Origin: Solirubrobacteraceae bacterium
GTDB lineage: Bacteria; Actinomycetota; Thermoleophilia; Solirubrobacterales; Solirubrobacteraceae
NCBI GenBank assembly: GCA_036803745.1
Contig: DAIRTT010000002.1
Span: 1 to 43,480, forward strand
Direction of reading: 5' to 3'
Length of the DNA stretch: 43,480 bases
Below, in pieces: positions 13,985 through 24,125 of the stretch (position 1 is the stretch's first letter; each line of letters begins with the position of its first letter). Position numbers and translations under genes: made by a program. The notes below the pieces were generated by a model. The model did no database searches and had not been told where the DNA came from. It was given only the letters and a program-made list of their open reading frames with translations.

Positions 13985-15807
13985 GGCAGCTGTCCCAGGC
14001 CGCTGCCGAAGCTCAGCGGCCCCGGCACCGGCGTCCCGGAGTAGGGCAGGACGACGAGCGAGGTGCTGACCGTTTCGGTCGCACCCGCGTTGGCCGAGAC
14101 GGTCGGCAGCGGCGCGAGCGCGTGGGTCTCGAGCTGCAGCTTCGTCGGCCACGCGCGCGGGTTCAGGCGCAGCAGCAGGCGGCGGTTGCCGGCGGTGAAC
14201 GTGTGCCGGGGCGTGCTCCCGACGACCTTGCGCTTGCGCTTGGCGATCAGGCGCACCCGCGCCTTTGCGGCGAGGTGGAAGCGAAGTTCGAGGGTGTCGC
14301 CATGCACCAGGCGGGTGTGGATGTGCGACAGCAGCGCCACCGCCACCCGGGCTTCGGCTTCCTTGGTCTGCCGGAGTTCTCCGCTCGGCGGAGGCGGTTC
14401 ACCGAGGAGCCCCGAGTCATCCGGCGGCGGCGCGTCGGGCTGAACCTGGGGCACGCCTTCGTCGGCGGGACGTTCGGTGATCAGCCCGGCGAAGGCGGGG
14501 CTCGTGTCGAGGGCGAGCTGCTGGCCGGTGGAGAGGTGGAAGAGCCAGCCCTGCGTGGTCGCCATCCAGCAGTCGTGGACCGTCGGGCACGTCATCTTCT
14601 CGGCGGCCCCCTTGGGGCCGACTTCGCCGCCCGTGGGGAGCTGCTGGTCGTCTTCGGTCGAGACGGAGCCTTCCGCGGTGATCCGCGCGACGTGGGCGAA
14701 CGCGGTCGGGCTCGGGTGTTCTGCATCGGTCTGCGGGTCGAGGCCGAGCCACGCGCTTTCGGTCCCCGGCTCGGCGGCGGCCGAGGTCACGGTTTCGCCG
14801 CCGAACAGCGGTTCGGCTGAGTGTTCGCTGCCGGCTCCGAGGAGCTGCCTCCAGGTTGCGCCGTCGTAGTGCGCCACGGTCACCTGTCCGGGCGAGGAGC
14901 CTTCGGGTGTTTCGCCGACAGGTCCCGCCGCAGCCCACAGCGCGCCGTCTGCGGTAGTGAGGTGGAACGGTTCGAGTGCTGTGGGGAACTCTTCGCCGCC
15001 GTAGAGCGGCAGGCCGGGAAGCGCTTCGAACTGCGGAGTGACCCGCTTCGGGTTGATGATGTGCAGCGCCGCCGGCTCTTCGGGCGTCGGGGCGGTGAGC
15101 CGAGCGCTCTCGAACAGCTGGCCCTGGAACCCGCGCAGATCCTGAATCGCGTAGGAGTCCTGCTTGTACGGTTCCTCGGTCATCGAGGTGCCGTTCCAGT
15201 GCAGGTGGAAGGAGCCGACCTGCGGCGGCGGGAGCGGGTCGCCGGCGAACCAGCAGTCGCTCGCGGATAGGCACGCGGCGGCGTGCATCCGCTGGTAGGA
15301 GCTGGCCCGGAAGGCCAGCGATGCGTATGAGGCGACCACCCGCCCGCCCGAGAAGTGGCAGAGGGTGTTGTCTTCCAGCGGCGGCGGATTGCCGAACGCG
15401 TCGGGCGCCTGTCCGGGCCGGCCGTCTGAGATCGTCCAGAAGTCTTCCGGCCCTGCCCACGCGATCCGTCCGTCGCTCGCGCCGCAAACGGTCGCGAGCT
15501 CGTGCCATTCGCGCCCGTTGTACGCCCAGATCCCCGGCGGGATGGTCGAGCCGTTGCCGGCCGTCGTGAGGACGCCGCGGTTGGGGGCCCAGAACTCGAT
15601 GTCGCCGATCTTGCCGAGGCCGATCGGCGTCGGGGAGCCCTGGACCCCGGGTGGGGGCGGAGGTGGCGCGGGCTGCTCCAGGCGCCAGGCGGCGCCGCCG
15701 TCGTCTTCCAGGCCGGTCGCGGAGGCCGCGCCGGGCTGGCCGAACAGGACGCAGAGCAGCAGCAGCAGCAGGGACGCCATGCTGGACAGCCGGATCGTCC
15801 GTTTCAT
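13981..15807 (-). CDS. Secreted hypothetical protein (608 aa), propeller-like body plus basic C-terminal domain
   Basis: Signal peptide with poly-Leu core; Trp/Cys motifs (ACLSASDCWFAG, TCPTVHDCWMA, HWNGTS, HYDGATW); ATGA overlap with the upstream gene. Confidence 0.75.
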
Positions 15808-17978
15808 CGTCGGGCACCTCGCGAGCTCCGCGCCCTGCGGCGGGCGGCATGGATGGACTTGAAACGAACTTCGAGAGTCGTTCGCAGACTCGCGTGGCCC
15901 GACGCGGCGAACACGATCGTCACGGTCGCGCTCAGGCCAGTTCGGCCCAGCGCGAGCTTGCGATAGCGAGGAGTGAGCCTCAGCACGATCGGGGTCACGA
16001 CCGGGGCCGCGGGCTTTGCGCTGCGAGAGGCGAGGGCGTGGACCGCCGCCACTCGCCGGCTCCGGCGCCTCCCCCTGACCCGGGAAGTCACGGTCGAGAC
16101 GACCACGCCGCGTGCGGTCGCGCGCAGCAGCCCGGACGCAGGTACGGCCACCTCGAGCAACACGCTGCCGTCACGCCGCGAAAGGGCGGTCGCGCTGAGC
16201 CGCCACGGAATGCTCAGCGGCGGTGGACTCGGCGCAGGCGAGAGTTCCTGCGCGGGCGCGGCCGAGGCGAACGTCACGCGCGGGACGACGAACGCATCGC
16301 CACCGTCGACGATTTTGTTTTCATGCCCGAGCGGCGGCGTGTTGCCGTCGCCGTAGGCGAGGTTTGCGGCGGTCGAGGAGAACGCGAGCAGGTTGCCGTC
16401 GCCGGAGAACGAAGGCGACAGCGCTCCGTCGCCGGGGAGCAGGTACGGATCTTCGCCGGTCGGCTTGGGAAGGTGGGGATGTTCGCCCGCCCCTCCTTCA
16501 TAGCCCTGGCTGACGCGGGTGAGGGTCTGATCGGCGAGGTCGACGTCGAACAGTTCCGAGAGCCCCGGGACCGCGGCGGGGGTGCTCACATACGCGGGCG
16601 CGCCGAGGGGGAACACGGTCCGCTTGGTCGTGAACGCGATCTGCTTCCCGTCGGGCGAGATCCCGAGGTCGACGATCGGCGCGTTTGTCGCGAGGTCGGC
16701 GCTCTGTCCGCTGGCGAGCTCGGTCAGCGGGCGCAGCGCCTGGGTGCGGGTGGAGCCCGCGTGCATGTCCACGACATAGAGATCGCTGTGATTTTCCGAG
16801 CGGCCGAAGTTGGCCCCGAAGACCACGAGCGGCACGTTGGCGAGGAATGCGACCGTGTATCCGTCGCCGCTCAGCCGCGGCACGACGTCGCCGGTTCCCC
16901 CCGACCACGTTCCCTGCGCGGTCTTTTCGATCAGGGTGCCGAACGGCCCCTGGCACGGATCGCTCAGGGACGGTTCACCGGCGGGAAGGGCGCCCTCGCC
17001 GCTGGCGATGCAAGCGGGGGCCGAGGGGTCCGAGCCGCCCGTGATCCGCAGCGTCCCCGACCCGGGCCCGTCGGACACCCGCCGCCACAGGGGCTCGGTG
17101 TAGTTGCCCGGGAGCGTTTCACCCGGAAGCAGCGGGACCTGCCGGCCGATGTTCTGGCCGAGCCACGCGACGGTTGTTCCATCTGCGCTGATCGATCCGC
17201 CGAGTGCCGCGGAGGCCCCGTAGCCTTCGACCACTCGGAATGGCGGGACGACGCCACCGGGCTGGTAGACCGCGCCGCCGGCGACCGCGCCGCCTTCACG
17301 CGCGCCCGTCACGAGCGTCGTCGAGCGCGTGTCGAGGTCGCGCACGGCGAGTTGCAGAGACGGCGTGCTGGGCGCCGCCGGTGGCCTGGGGCCGATCAGG
17401 TCGGAAACGGCCGTGGTCATGAACAGGACCCGCCGCCCGTCGGCACTCAGCGCATATCGCCCGCCTGCGATCGAGCCGTAGCTGCGCGGTTCGCTCGACT
17501 GTTCGTAGCCGAGCGCTTCTTCGCCGCCATCGACGGCCGAGGCGAGTGCGAAGGGGCAGGGCGGTTCTTCTTCGCTCAGGGGACCCGTGCACGGCTGCGT
17601 CGAGTGGATGCCCATGTCGCGGACGTACACATCCGGACCTTCGTTGTCATCCCCGCGCGTCAGGGGCGCGGTGGTCGTGAAGCTGATGAAACGGCCGTCA
17701 CCGGAGATCGAGGGGAGCTCGGCGTCGCCCGCCGCGACCTCCTCGACCGCCCCGGTCTGCAGGTCGCGCCGCCAGACACCCGTGACGCCGCCGAAGGAGC
17801 CATCGAAGGCCACGTAGCGGCCGTTGCCGGAGATGGCCGGGTCGTGCGCATAGTCGGCCTGCTGGACGTGGCTCTCCGATACGAGCGAGATGCCGCCGAA
17901 CACGTCGGCGCCGGCGCTCGCCGGGAGCCCGGCGACGGCCGCCAGCGAGAGCAGCCCGAGGAGTGTGGACCGGAGCAT
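15804..17978 (-). CDS. Secreted TolB-like/PD40-repeat beta-propeller protein (724 aa)
   Basis: Repeats PAISGNGRYVAF, PSISGDGRFISF, LSADGRRVLF, ISADGTTVAW, LSGDGYTVAF, ISPDGKQIAF, PSFSGDGNLLAF; ATG 17978 in a TGATG overlap. Confidence 0.82.
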   Translation of the reverse strand: MLRSTLLGLLSLAAVAGLPASAGADVFGGISLVSESHVQQADYAHDPAISGNGRYVAFDGSFGGVTGVWRRDLQTGAVEEVAAGDAELPSISGDGRFISFTTTAPLTRGDDNEGPDVYVRDMGIHSTQPCTGPLSEEEPPCPFALASAVDGGEEALGYEQSSEPRSYGSIAGGRYALSADGRRVLFMTTAVSDLIGPRPPAAPSTPSLQLAVRDLDTRSTTLVTGAREGGAVAGGAVYQPGGVVPPFRVVEGYGASAALGGSISADGTTVAWLGQNIGRQVPLLPGETLPGNYTEPLWRRVSDGPGSGTLRITGGSDPSAPACIASGEGALPAGEPSLSDPCQGPFGTLIEKTAQGTWSGGTGDVVPRLSGDGYTVAFLANVPLVVFGANFGRSENHSDLYVVDMHAGSTRTQALRPLTELASGQSADLATNAPIVDLGISPDGKQIAFTTKRTVFPLGAPAYVSTPAAVPGLSELFDVDLADQTLTRVSQGYEGGAGEHPHLPKPTGEDPYLLPGDGALSPSFSGDGNLLAFSSTAANLAYGDGNTPPLGHENKIVDGGDAFVVPRVTFASAAPAQELSPAPSPPPLSIPWRLSATALSRRDGSVLLEVAVPASGLLRATARGVVVSTVTSRVRGRRRSRRVAAVHALASRSAKPAAPVVTPIVLRLTPRYRKLALGRTGLSATVTIVFAASGHASLRTTLEVRFKSIHAARRRARSSRGARR

Positions 17979-19945
17979 CAGGGCACGCTCACGACGCGCT
18001 TGATGCTCGCGCGGTTGCCGACCCTGTCGCGCACCTGGATGACGACCTGGTAGATGCCGCCACGGCTGTAGCTGTGACGTGCGCGCGCCCGACCGCGGGC
18101 GTGGGCTCCGTCGCCGAAGCTGACCCGCACGCTGCGCACATCCACGCCCGAGCCCGCGTCGCGGATCCACAGCACGACCGAATGGTGTCCCGCGCGGAGG
18201 ACCTGGAGGGTCGGGGGGCGCCCGTCCACTTTCAGCACAGCGGGCGGCGTCAGCGTGGACTCGCCGTCGACATCGGTCGCCAGCACCTGGACGCGGTGAG
18301 CGCCGTCGCCGAGGCCGGCGCCGGGCAGTCGCAGCGACATCGCCCCCGGCGGAGTTCTCAGTGGGCGGCCATCGAGGACCGCGCGGTAGCTGAGCGGTCC
18401 ATCCGCAGTCGCCGCCGGCTGCCACGCGAGCACGGCGGACTCGGGCTTGACCCAGGTCTTGGGCACGCTGAGGACGAACTGGGCGGGTGGCGCGGTGACG
18501 AGGTCGACGACGACCGCCGCCTGCCCGATCGGGCCCTGGAGGAATCCGACGAGCCCGTCGCCCAACCCGGAGCGCGCGACCGCGAGTTCGCTGACCGGGC
18601 CGCCGGCGCCGCCGCCGACGAGGCCCGTCTGCGCCGCACCTCCGGGGAAGTCCTCCCGCACGGCGACCCCGGCAGCGCCGTGGGAGTCAGCGCTCGGCCA
18701 CGCCGACACGCCTCCGCCCGAAGGGTTCATGATGCTGGCCGACGACGGTTCGCCTCCGGCAAAGCCCGGGCCGAGCGAGACGGTGCGCGTCAGCCCTTTG
18801 CCATCGCCTTCGAGGACTCGAGGCGTGCCGTTGCTGTCATACAGCACGCGGACGTCCTGCTTTTCGTCGATGTCGACACTGGGGGGGCCGATCGCTGCGC
18901 TCGCGCCCCCCGGCACTTCGGAGTCGGCGACGAGGGCACCCTGGAACTGCGAGCCGTCGGCCGATTCGCCGTCAGGCAGCGTGTTGATGAAGATGCGGGG
19001 ACCCGGCAGCGGCGACCCGGGGCCGGCGGGCTGTCGGTAGACGACCTCCGCCTGTCCGATGCGCGAGATCGCGATGCTCGGACTGTCGGCGTCGGCAGCG
19101 ATCGGTGCGCCCGAGAGACTTGGCGCGCTGACGGGAAGCACGTAGTCGAGGCTGCGCGTGAAGATGCGCCGCGCCCAGATTCTCGCGACGCCGTCGATGT
19201 CGGGCTCCTGCCACACGACGACGCCGTTGCCCGTGGGTCCGATCGCGATCCGCGGAGCATTCGCGCTCGTCGGGGGGCGCATCGAGATGCCGGTGTTGCG
19301 GTTGACCGATCCCAGCCGCGACCATCGTTCTCCGTCGTAGTGGGCGACCCTCACTTCCTCGATCACATCGCCTGGACGCAGCAGCGCGCTGTGGCTCGAG
19401 CTTTCATTGACGACCCTGTAGACGACGTCCGCCTGCCCGGTGGTGCTCATCGCCAGATCCGGGCTCGTGCCGGTCCCGCTGCGGATGTCCGGGTCGATGA
19501 TCGTGGCGGGACTGAAGACGGCCGAGCCGGGCCCGAGCGTGGCGCCGAGGAGCTCGTCGACGGGTTTGCTTTCCTCGGTCGCGAACGGGGTCGCCCACAC
19601 CACGACGAGCTCGCCCCCTTCGGCCGCGCCGATCCGGGCCCAGCTCGCGGCGAAGGGCTGTTCGCGGTCGACGCGAATCGGTGCGGTCCAACGGTGGCCA
19701 ACGTAGCGCGCCACGAAGACGTGGGCCACACCTTCGACCCGCTTGAGATACACCGCCCCCCCGGTGCCGTCTTCGGCCATCGCCACGCCGCCGAAGCCGA
19801 CGATGTCCTCGCTCGGTCCGTCGACTGTCGCGGCCGGCAGGATCACGGCTCGGGCGATGCCGCCGTGCATCAGCACGAGCGCGGCCGCCAATGCAGCCAG
19901 CACCAGACCGCGGCCGCTGAACGAGTTGAGCGCCTTCTCAGCCAT
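17978..19945 (-). CDS. Secreted protein (655 aa), repeat/propeller-like body with FN3/Ig-like and PKD-like C-terminal domains
   Basis: Signal peptide; repeated GxxxVVW/VVY motifs; LAWQPAATADGPLSY...DGAHRVQVLATD; SFGDG...HSYSRGGIYQV. Confidence 0.75.
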   Translation of the reverse strand: MAEKALNSFSGRGLVLAALAAALVLMHGGIARAVILPAATVDGPSEDIVGFGGVAMAEDGTGGAVYLKRVEGVAHVFVARYVGHRWTAPIRVDREQPFAASWARIGAAEGGELVVVWATPFATEESKPVDELLGATLGPGSAVFSPATIIDPDIRSGTGTSPDLAMSTTGQADVVYRVVNESSSHSALLRPGDVIEEVRVAHYDGERWSRLGSVNRNTGISMRPPTSANAPRIAIGPTGNGVVVWQEPDIDGVARIWARRIFTRSLDYVLPVSAPSLSGAPIAADADSPSIAISRIGQAEVVYRQPAGPGSPLPGPRIFINTLPDGESADGSQFQGALVADSEVPGGASAAIGPPSVDIDEKQDVRVLYDSNGTPRVLEGDGKGLTRTVSLGPGFAGGEPSSASIMNPSGGGVSAWPSADSHGAAGVAVREDFPGGAAQTGLVGGGAGGPVSELAVARSGLGDGLVGFLQGPIGQAAVVVDLVTAPPAQFVLSVPKTWVKPESAVLAWQPAATADGPLSYRAVLDGRPLRTPPGAMSLRLPGAGLGDGAHRVQVLATDVDGESTLTPPAVLKVDGRPPTLQVLRAGHHSVVLWIRDAGSGVDVRSVRVSFGDGAHARGRARARHSYSRGGIYQVVIQVRDRVGNRASIKRVVSVP

Positions 19946-19958
19946 CGACAGGATGCGC

Positions 19959-20735
19959 TCAGGGTTCAGTTTTGTTCAGCGCTCCAGCCGTCTTGTCGAA
20001 CGCGCAACGGAAGTTCTCCGGGTTGGCGACGGGCTCCGAGCCCGCGAAGCCACCCTTCTGTCCGTTGCTGAAGACCGTGACGTACTGGAGCGATTCGGGC
20101 AGGGCATTCGACGGCAGGGGGGTCGGGTTCGCCTGTCCCTGGCGCGGGTTTCCCGTCGCCCCTTCGCTGACCCCCTCGAAGCCGGCGGCAGCCGCGCCCG
20201 CCTCGGTCGTGACGAGCGTCGCGGTCATCTCGCGCTGGTCCTGCAGACCGCGGCTCGGATCGAGCGGCACCGTCGCCGTCAGCGGCGAGTCGTGGATCGT
20301 CGACTCCAGCTTGACCCGGTCGGCGGCGCCGAGGAGCTCCGCGGCGCTCGGAAGCCAGCCGCCTTCGGCCTCGCAGGCTTTGGCCGCGAACACGTAGTTG
20401 TTCTTGCCGGCCTGCGCATTGGTCAGCGGGTAGGGGGCGGTGTCGAGGCACCAGGTGCCGAGGTCGACGGTTGGCGGCGGGCAGCTCCCGGCGAGCTGTT
20501 CGGCCGTCTTACCGCCGACATGGGAGGCGTTTCTGACCGTCGGAATCGCCGCGGCGGGGAACTTTCCGTTGCGGCCGAGCACGAGCAGCCCGTTGGCGTG
20601 CGGACGGTTGCTCACCGTGTGTCCAGCGATGGAGCTGAGGACCGTGTGGCGCGCGGCATCGGCCAGGCCCGTGGTCGAGAACACCAGCGCCACGAGCGCG
20701 ATCACGGTCGCGGGCGAGGGGACCCGGAGCTTCAC
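19959..20735 (-). CDS. Secreted or membrane-tethered protein (258 aa) with a possible C-type-lectin/FGE-like fold
   Basis: N-terminal SPATVIALVALVFSTTGLADA; WCLD...AAKACEAEGGWLPSAAEL...NFRCAF pattern; GTGA overlap with the ftsH-like stop. Confidence 0.7.
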   Translation of the reverse strand: MKLRVPSPATVIALVALVFSTTGLADAARHTVLSSIAGHTVSNRPHANGLLVLGRNGKFPAAAIPTVRNASHVGGKTAEQLAGSCPPPTVDLGTWCLDTAPYPLTNAQAGKNNYVFAAKACEAEGGWLPSAAELLGAADRVKLESTIHDSPLTATVPLDPSRGLQDQREMTATLVTTEAGAAAAGFEGVSEGATGNPRQGQANPTPLPSNALPESLQYVTVFSNGQKGGFAGSEPVANPENFRCAFDKTAGALNKTEP

Positions 20736-22873
20736 GGCGCCAGCTTCTGATCACGGGCGGGCGCTGCTCGGCGGATGTCGTGCAGCTCCGTGAGCGTCAC
20801 CTCCTGGACCGTCGAGAGGACTGCGTCAAGCGCGACGCCCGAGAGCGTCTCCTGCTCGAGCAGCGCGGCCGCCGTCTCCTCGACGGTGCTCCAGTTGCGA
20901 TCGAGGACGTTCGCGGCCCTGGCCTCGGCGTCGCCGACGAGGCGCTCGATCTCGTTGTCGATCAGATTGAGCGTCTCGGGGCCGACCGAGCCGAGATCCT
21001 GCAGCGACGCGCCGAGGAAGACCTCGCCGCTCTTCTCCCCGATCGTCACAAGCCCGAGTGCCTCCGACATGCCGAAGGACGTGACCATGCCGCGCGCGAG
21101 GGCGGTCGCCGCGTGGAGGTCGTCGTTGACGCTCGTGGACGTGTGACCGAAGGCGATCCTCTCGCCCGCCATGCCCGCGGTGATGACGATCAGCTGACTC
21201 TGGAGGTCGGGCTTGGTCATGATCACCTGATCGCGGTCGGAGAGCATGTGGGCCGCCGTCCCGAGCTGGCGTCCGCGGGCGACGATCGAGAGCTTGCGCG
21301 TCGAGGCCGTATGCCCGAGCGCGTCGGTCACGACAGCGTGTGAGGCCTCGTGGATCGCGATCAGCCAGCGCTCCTGTTCGCTGAGGATGTGGTGTTTGGC
21401 CGGGCCCGCAACGACACGGTCGATCGCCTCCTCGAGGGTCGCCTGATCGATCGTCGCCTGGTTGTCGCGCACGCTCAGCAGGGCCGCCTCGTTGATCACG
21501 TTCGCGAGCTCGGCGCCGCTGAAGCCGGGCGTCTGGCGAGCGACCTCCTCGAGCGATGCGTCGGGGGCGAGCGGGCGCTTGCCCCCGTGAAGGCGCAGGA
21601 TCTCCAGGCGCCCGTGGACGTCCGGGTTGTCGACGACGACCTGACGGTCGAAACGGCCCGGTCGCAGCAGGGCGGGGTCGAGGATGTCTGGGCGGTTGGT
21701 CGCGCCCATCACGACGAGGCCGCCGTCGCCGGCGAACCCGTCCATCTCGACGAGGATCTGGTTGAGCGTCTGCTCGCGCTCGTCGTTGCCCTGGCCGATG
21801 CCGGCGCCGCGCTTGCGCCCGGCGGCGTCGAGCTCGTCGATGAAGATGATCGCCGGCGCAGCCTTACGGGCCTTGCGGAAGAGGTCGCGCACGCGGGCGG
21901 CGCCGACGCCGACGAGCGACTCGACGAAGTCCGACCCCGAGAGTGAGAAGAAGGCGGCGTCTGCTTCCCCGGCGACCGCCTTGGCGAGCAGCGTCTTTCC
22001 GGTTCCCGGAGGCCCGACGAGCAGCACTCCCTTGGGTGCGGCCGCGCCGACGCGCAGGTACTTCTCCGGTTCGGCCAGATAGTCGCGAATCTCGCGGAGC
22101 TCGGCCAGCGCCTCGCCGGCACCCGCGACATCGGCGAACGTAACGCGATCAGCCATACCCTTGCCCTTCTTTTTGCCCTTGCCGGCGAACTGCGAGAAGG
22201 CCGCGATGCCGCCCGCTCCGCCGTCGGCGCCGAAGCGGGTGAAGAACGAGAACAGGCAGACGAGAAGCAGGATCGGGATCAGGAACTGCACGACGATCGC
22301 CTTCGTCGGCTTGCCCGACTGCTGATCGACCGTCACGCTCGCTCCGCCGCTCGTCAGTTCGCGAGCGAGCTCCTGGGTCTGAGCCCCGGACGCGGGATAG
22401 GCGGCCCACAGCTTCTGTGTCACGCCGGGCGGTTCGATCACCGCTTCCACCCCGCCCTTCTTTCCGTTCGTCGCGGGCACCGGCGACACGATTCCCGAGC
22501 TCGGCAGCTGCGGCGTGCTCGACGTCGTCGTGACCTCGACGCGACTGTCGTGATCCAGCATCGTGGCCGTCGCGATCTCGTGGCTCTTGGCCAGCGTCTG
22601 CACCGAGCTGAGCGGCACCTGCGTGCCCGAGCTTCCGGGCTTGATCGCTCCGAGCAGCGAGGCAAAAGCGATCGCGAGAGCGATCGAGGCGACGAGCAGG
22701 AACAGCGACAGCGGATCGCGAAGCAGCACCCGGCGGGTCGCCGAGGCGAGGTTGCCGACGGCGACGAGCACAGGGTTGCGCCGCTGCGCGAGGCCCGAGC
22801 GGACGGCTTTGGGCCCGACCTTGGCTACTCCGTTGGTCGAGGTGGGCTCCGCTGCTTTGGGCTCGTCGGTCAT
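20732..22873 (-). CDS. ftsH: FtsH-family ATP-dependent zinc metalloprotease (divergent paralogue)
   Basis: AGGAGG RBS then ATG 22873; two TM helices; Walker A GPPGTGKT; Walker [36 protein letters not shown] zinc motif; GEVFLG. Confidence 0.9.
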   Translation of the reverse strand: MTDEPKAAEPTSTNGVAKVGPKAVRSGLAQRRNPVLVAVGNLASATRRVLLRDPLSLFLLVASIALAIAFASLLGAIKPGSSGTQVPLSSVQTLAKSHEIATATMLDHDSRVEVTTTSSTPQLPSSGIVSPVPATNGKKGGVEAVIEPPGVTQKLWAAYPASGAQTQELARELTSGGASVTVDQQSGKPTKAIVVQFLIPILLLVCLFSFFTRFGADGGAGGIAAFSQFAGKGKKKGKGMADRVTFADVAGAGEALAELREIRDYLAEPEKYLRVGAAAPKGVLLVGPPGTGKTLLAKAVAGEADAAFFSLSGSDFVESLVGVGAARVRDLFRKARKAAPAIIFIDELDAAGRKRGAGIGQGNDEREQTLNQILVEMDGFAGDGGLVVMGATNRPDILDPALLRPGRFDRQVVVDNPDVHGRLEILRLHGGKRPLAPDASLEEVARQTPGFSGAELANVINEAALLSVRDNQATIDQATLEEAIDRVVAGPAKHHILSEQERWLIAIHEASHAVVTDALGHTASTRKLSIVARGRQLGTAAHMLSDRDQVIMTKPDLQSQLIVITAGMAGERIAFGHTSTSVNDDLHAATALARGMVTSFGMSEALGLVTIGEKSGEVFLGASLQDLGSVGPETLNLIDNEIERLVGDAEARAANVLDRNWSTVEETAAALLEQETLSGVALDAVLSTVQEVTLTELHDIRRAAPARDQKLAP

Positions 22874-23039
22874 GAAGGTCGTGTCCCTCCTGGGTCGAGG
22901 CGGGGTTGGCGGCGTCTGGCCGGCCGTCGCGCGGGCCTGGCTCAGGCCGGTCGTCTGAGGCGGTTTGAGACGGCCCGCAGCGCTAGGTACCGGTCGGACC
23001 GCCGCAGCGTCACACGCCGTGAACGCAAAAGCAATGGGG

Positions 23040-23155
23040 TTCACAAAAACGACACACGAGACCACGGGGAGCTTCACAAAACGGACACAAGTGGAGTCCG
23101 CTTTCACAAAAATTACACACACAGCAGGCCCCCGGTGCGTTCACAAAAACGAAAC
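23040..23155 (+). promoter_or_regulatory. Array of four OmpR-family (PhoP/GlnR-like) boxes in the ftsH-like/pstS divergent intergenic region
   Basis: TTCACAAAAACGACAC (23040), TTCACAAAACGGACAC (23073), TTCACAAAAATTACAC (23103), TTCACAAAAACGAAAC (23140); each is two half-sites 11 bp apart. Confidence 0.7.
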
Positions 23156-23306
23156 ATCACCCAGGCGGCGCCTCGCCACTCTACGCCCCGGGGTGACGTT
23201 CACCGCGCCTGCCGCATCGATTCCCATCTTCACCTGTTAGCGCCCGTGCGCGACGTAGAGAAACGATCGCGTACGAACATCCTTCCAACGATCAAAAGGA
23301 GCCAAC

Positions 23307-24119
23307 GTGCGCGCATACCGCACCCTCATCGCCTCCACATTCCTGATCCTCGCCCTCGCCGTTCCGGCGGGCGCAGCCGCCCGTCGCCTGATCATCGGCG
23401 GGTCCACGTCGGTGCTTCCCCTCGCTCAGAAACTGGCGACGGCCTACCACCAGGCCAATCCCCGCCTCGCGGCCCCGAAGGTCGGCGGAGGCCAGTCGGA
23501 CATCGGCATCAGCGGAGCCTCCAAGGGCCAGTTCGACATCGGCGACTCCTCGCGCGACCCGATCAAGGGAGTCGACCCCAAAGGCCTCGTCTTCACGAAG
23601 ATCGCCCGCGACGGCGTGTGCGTGATCACCAACCCGGCCAACCCAATCGGCAACCTGTCCCAGGAAACCGTCGAAGGGATCTTCACGGGGCGCATCCGCG
23701 ACTGGAGCAGCGTCCCCGGAGCAGTGCTCGGCGGTCCGATCGACCTGTTCGACCGCGACGGAGCATCCGGAACCCAGGACGCCTTCCAGCACATCTTCCT
23801 CGGCGAAACGCTCAAGATCTCCCCCACTGCAACCGCCGAGACCTCCAACGGCCTCGAGCAGAACGCGGTCGCCAGCGACAAGCAGGCGATCGGCTTCGTG
23901 TCCTTCGCCTACACCGCCGGCGTGAACCCCGTGGGCTACCAGGGCATCCCCTGCAACCTGCGCAACGCCAAGTCCGGCCAGTACGGCGGCGTGCGTAACT
24001 TCTGGATGGTCACCAAGGGCGTGCCCAAGGGAGAAGCGGCCAAGTTCCTGCGGTTCGTGACGAGCGGCAACGCGGCGACCAAGCGGATCATCAACTCCAG
24101 CTGGATCGCAATCCACTAA
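23307..24119 (+). CDS. pstS: Phosphate ABC transporter substrate-binding protein (short type, no lipobox)
   Basis: AAAGGAG RBS and GTG start; IGGSTSV, DIGDSSR, IARDG, RDGASGTQDAF, AIGFVS; first gene of a pst operon. Confidence 0.88.
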   Translation: MRAYRTLIASTFLILALAVPAGAAARRLIIGGSTSVLPLAQKLATAYHQANPRLAAPKVGGGQSDIGISGASKGQFDIGDSSRDPIKGVDPKGLVFTKIARDGVCVITNPANPIGNLSQETVEGIFTGRIRDWSSVPGAVLGGPIDLFDRDGASGTQDAFQHIFLGETLKISPTATAETSNGLEQNAVASDKQAIGFVSFAYTAGVNPVGYQGIPCNLRNAKSGQYGGVRNFWMVTKGVPKGEAAKFLRFVTSGNAATKRIINSSWIAIH

Positions 24120-24125
24120 CAGGAC

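Noticed and set aside
15757..15771. (CAG)5 microsatellite
   Set aside because: It encodes the poly-Leu core of a signal peptide and is in frame.
19959..20735. Diversity-generating retroelement target, given the lectin-like fold
   Set aside because: No reverse transcriptase and no template/variable repeat pair seen in the window.
22874..23122. 83-codon N-terminal extension of the FtsH-like ORF through the repeats
   Set aside because: A strong AGGAGG precedes ATG 22873; the open frame through the boxes is probably incidental.
23040..23155. CRISPR array interpretation of the four repeats with unique spacers
   Set aside because: Repeats are only ~16 nt, imperfect and non-palindromic, spacers are 14-21 nt, and there are no cas genes. 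The internal 11-bp half-site period matches boxes elsewhere in the window.
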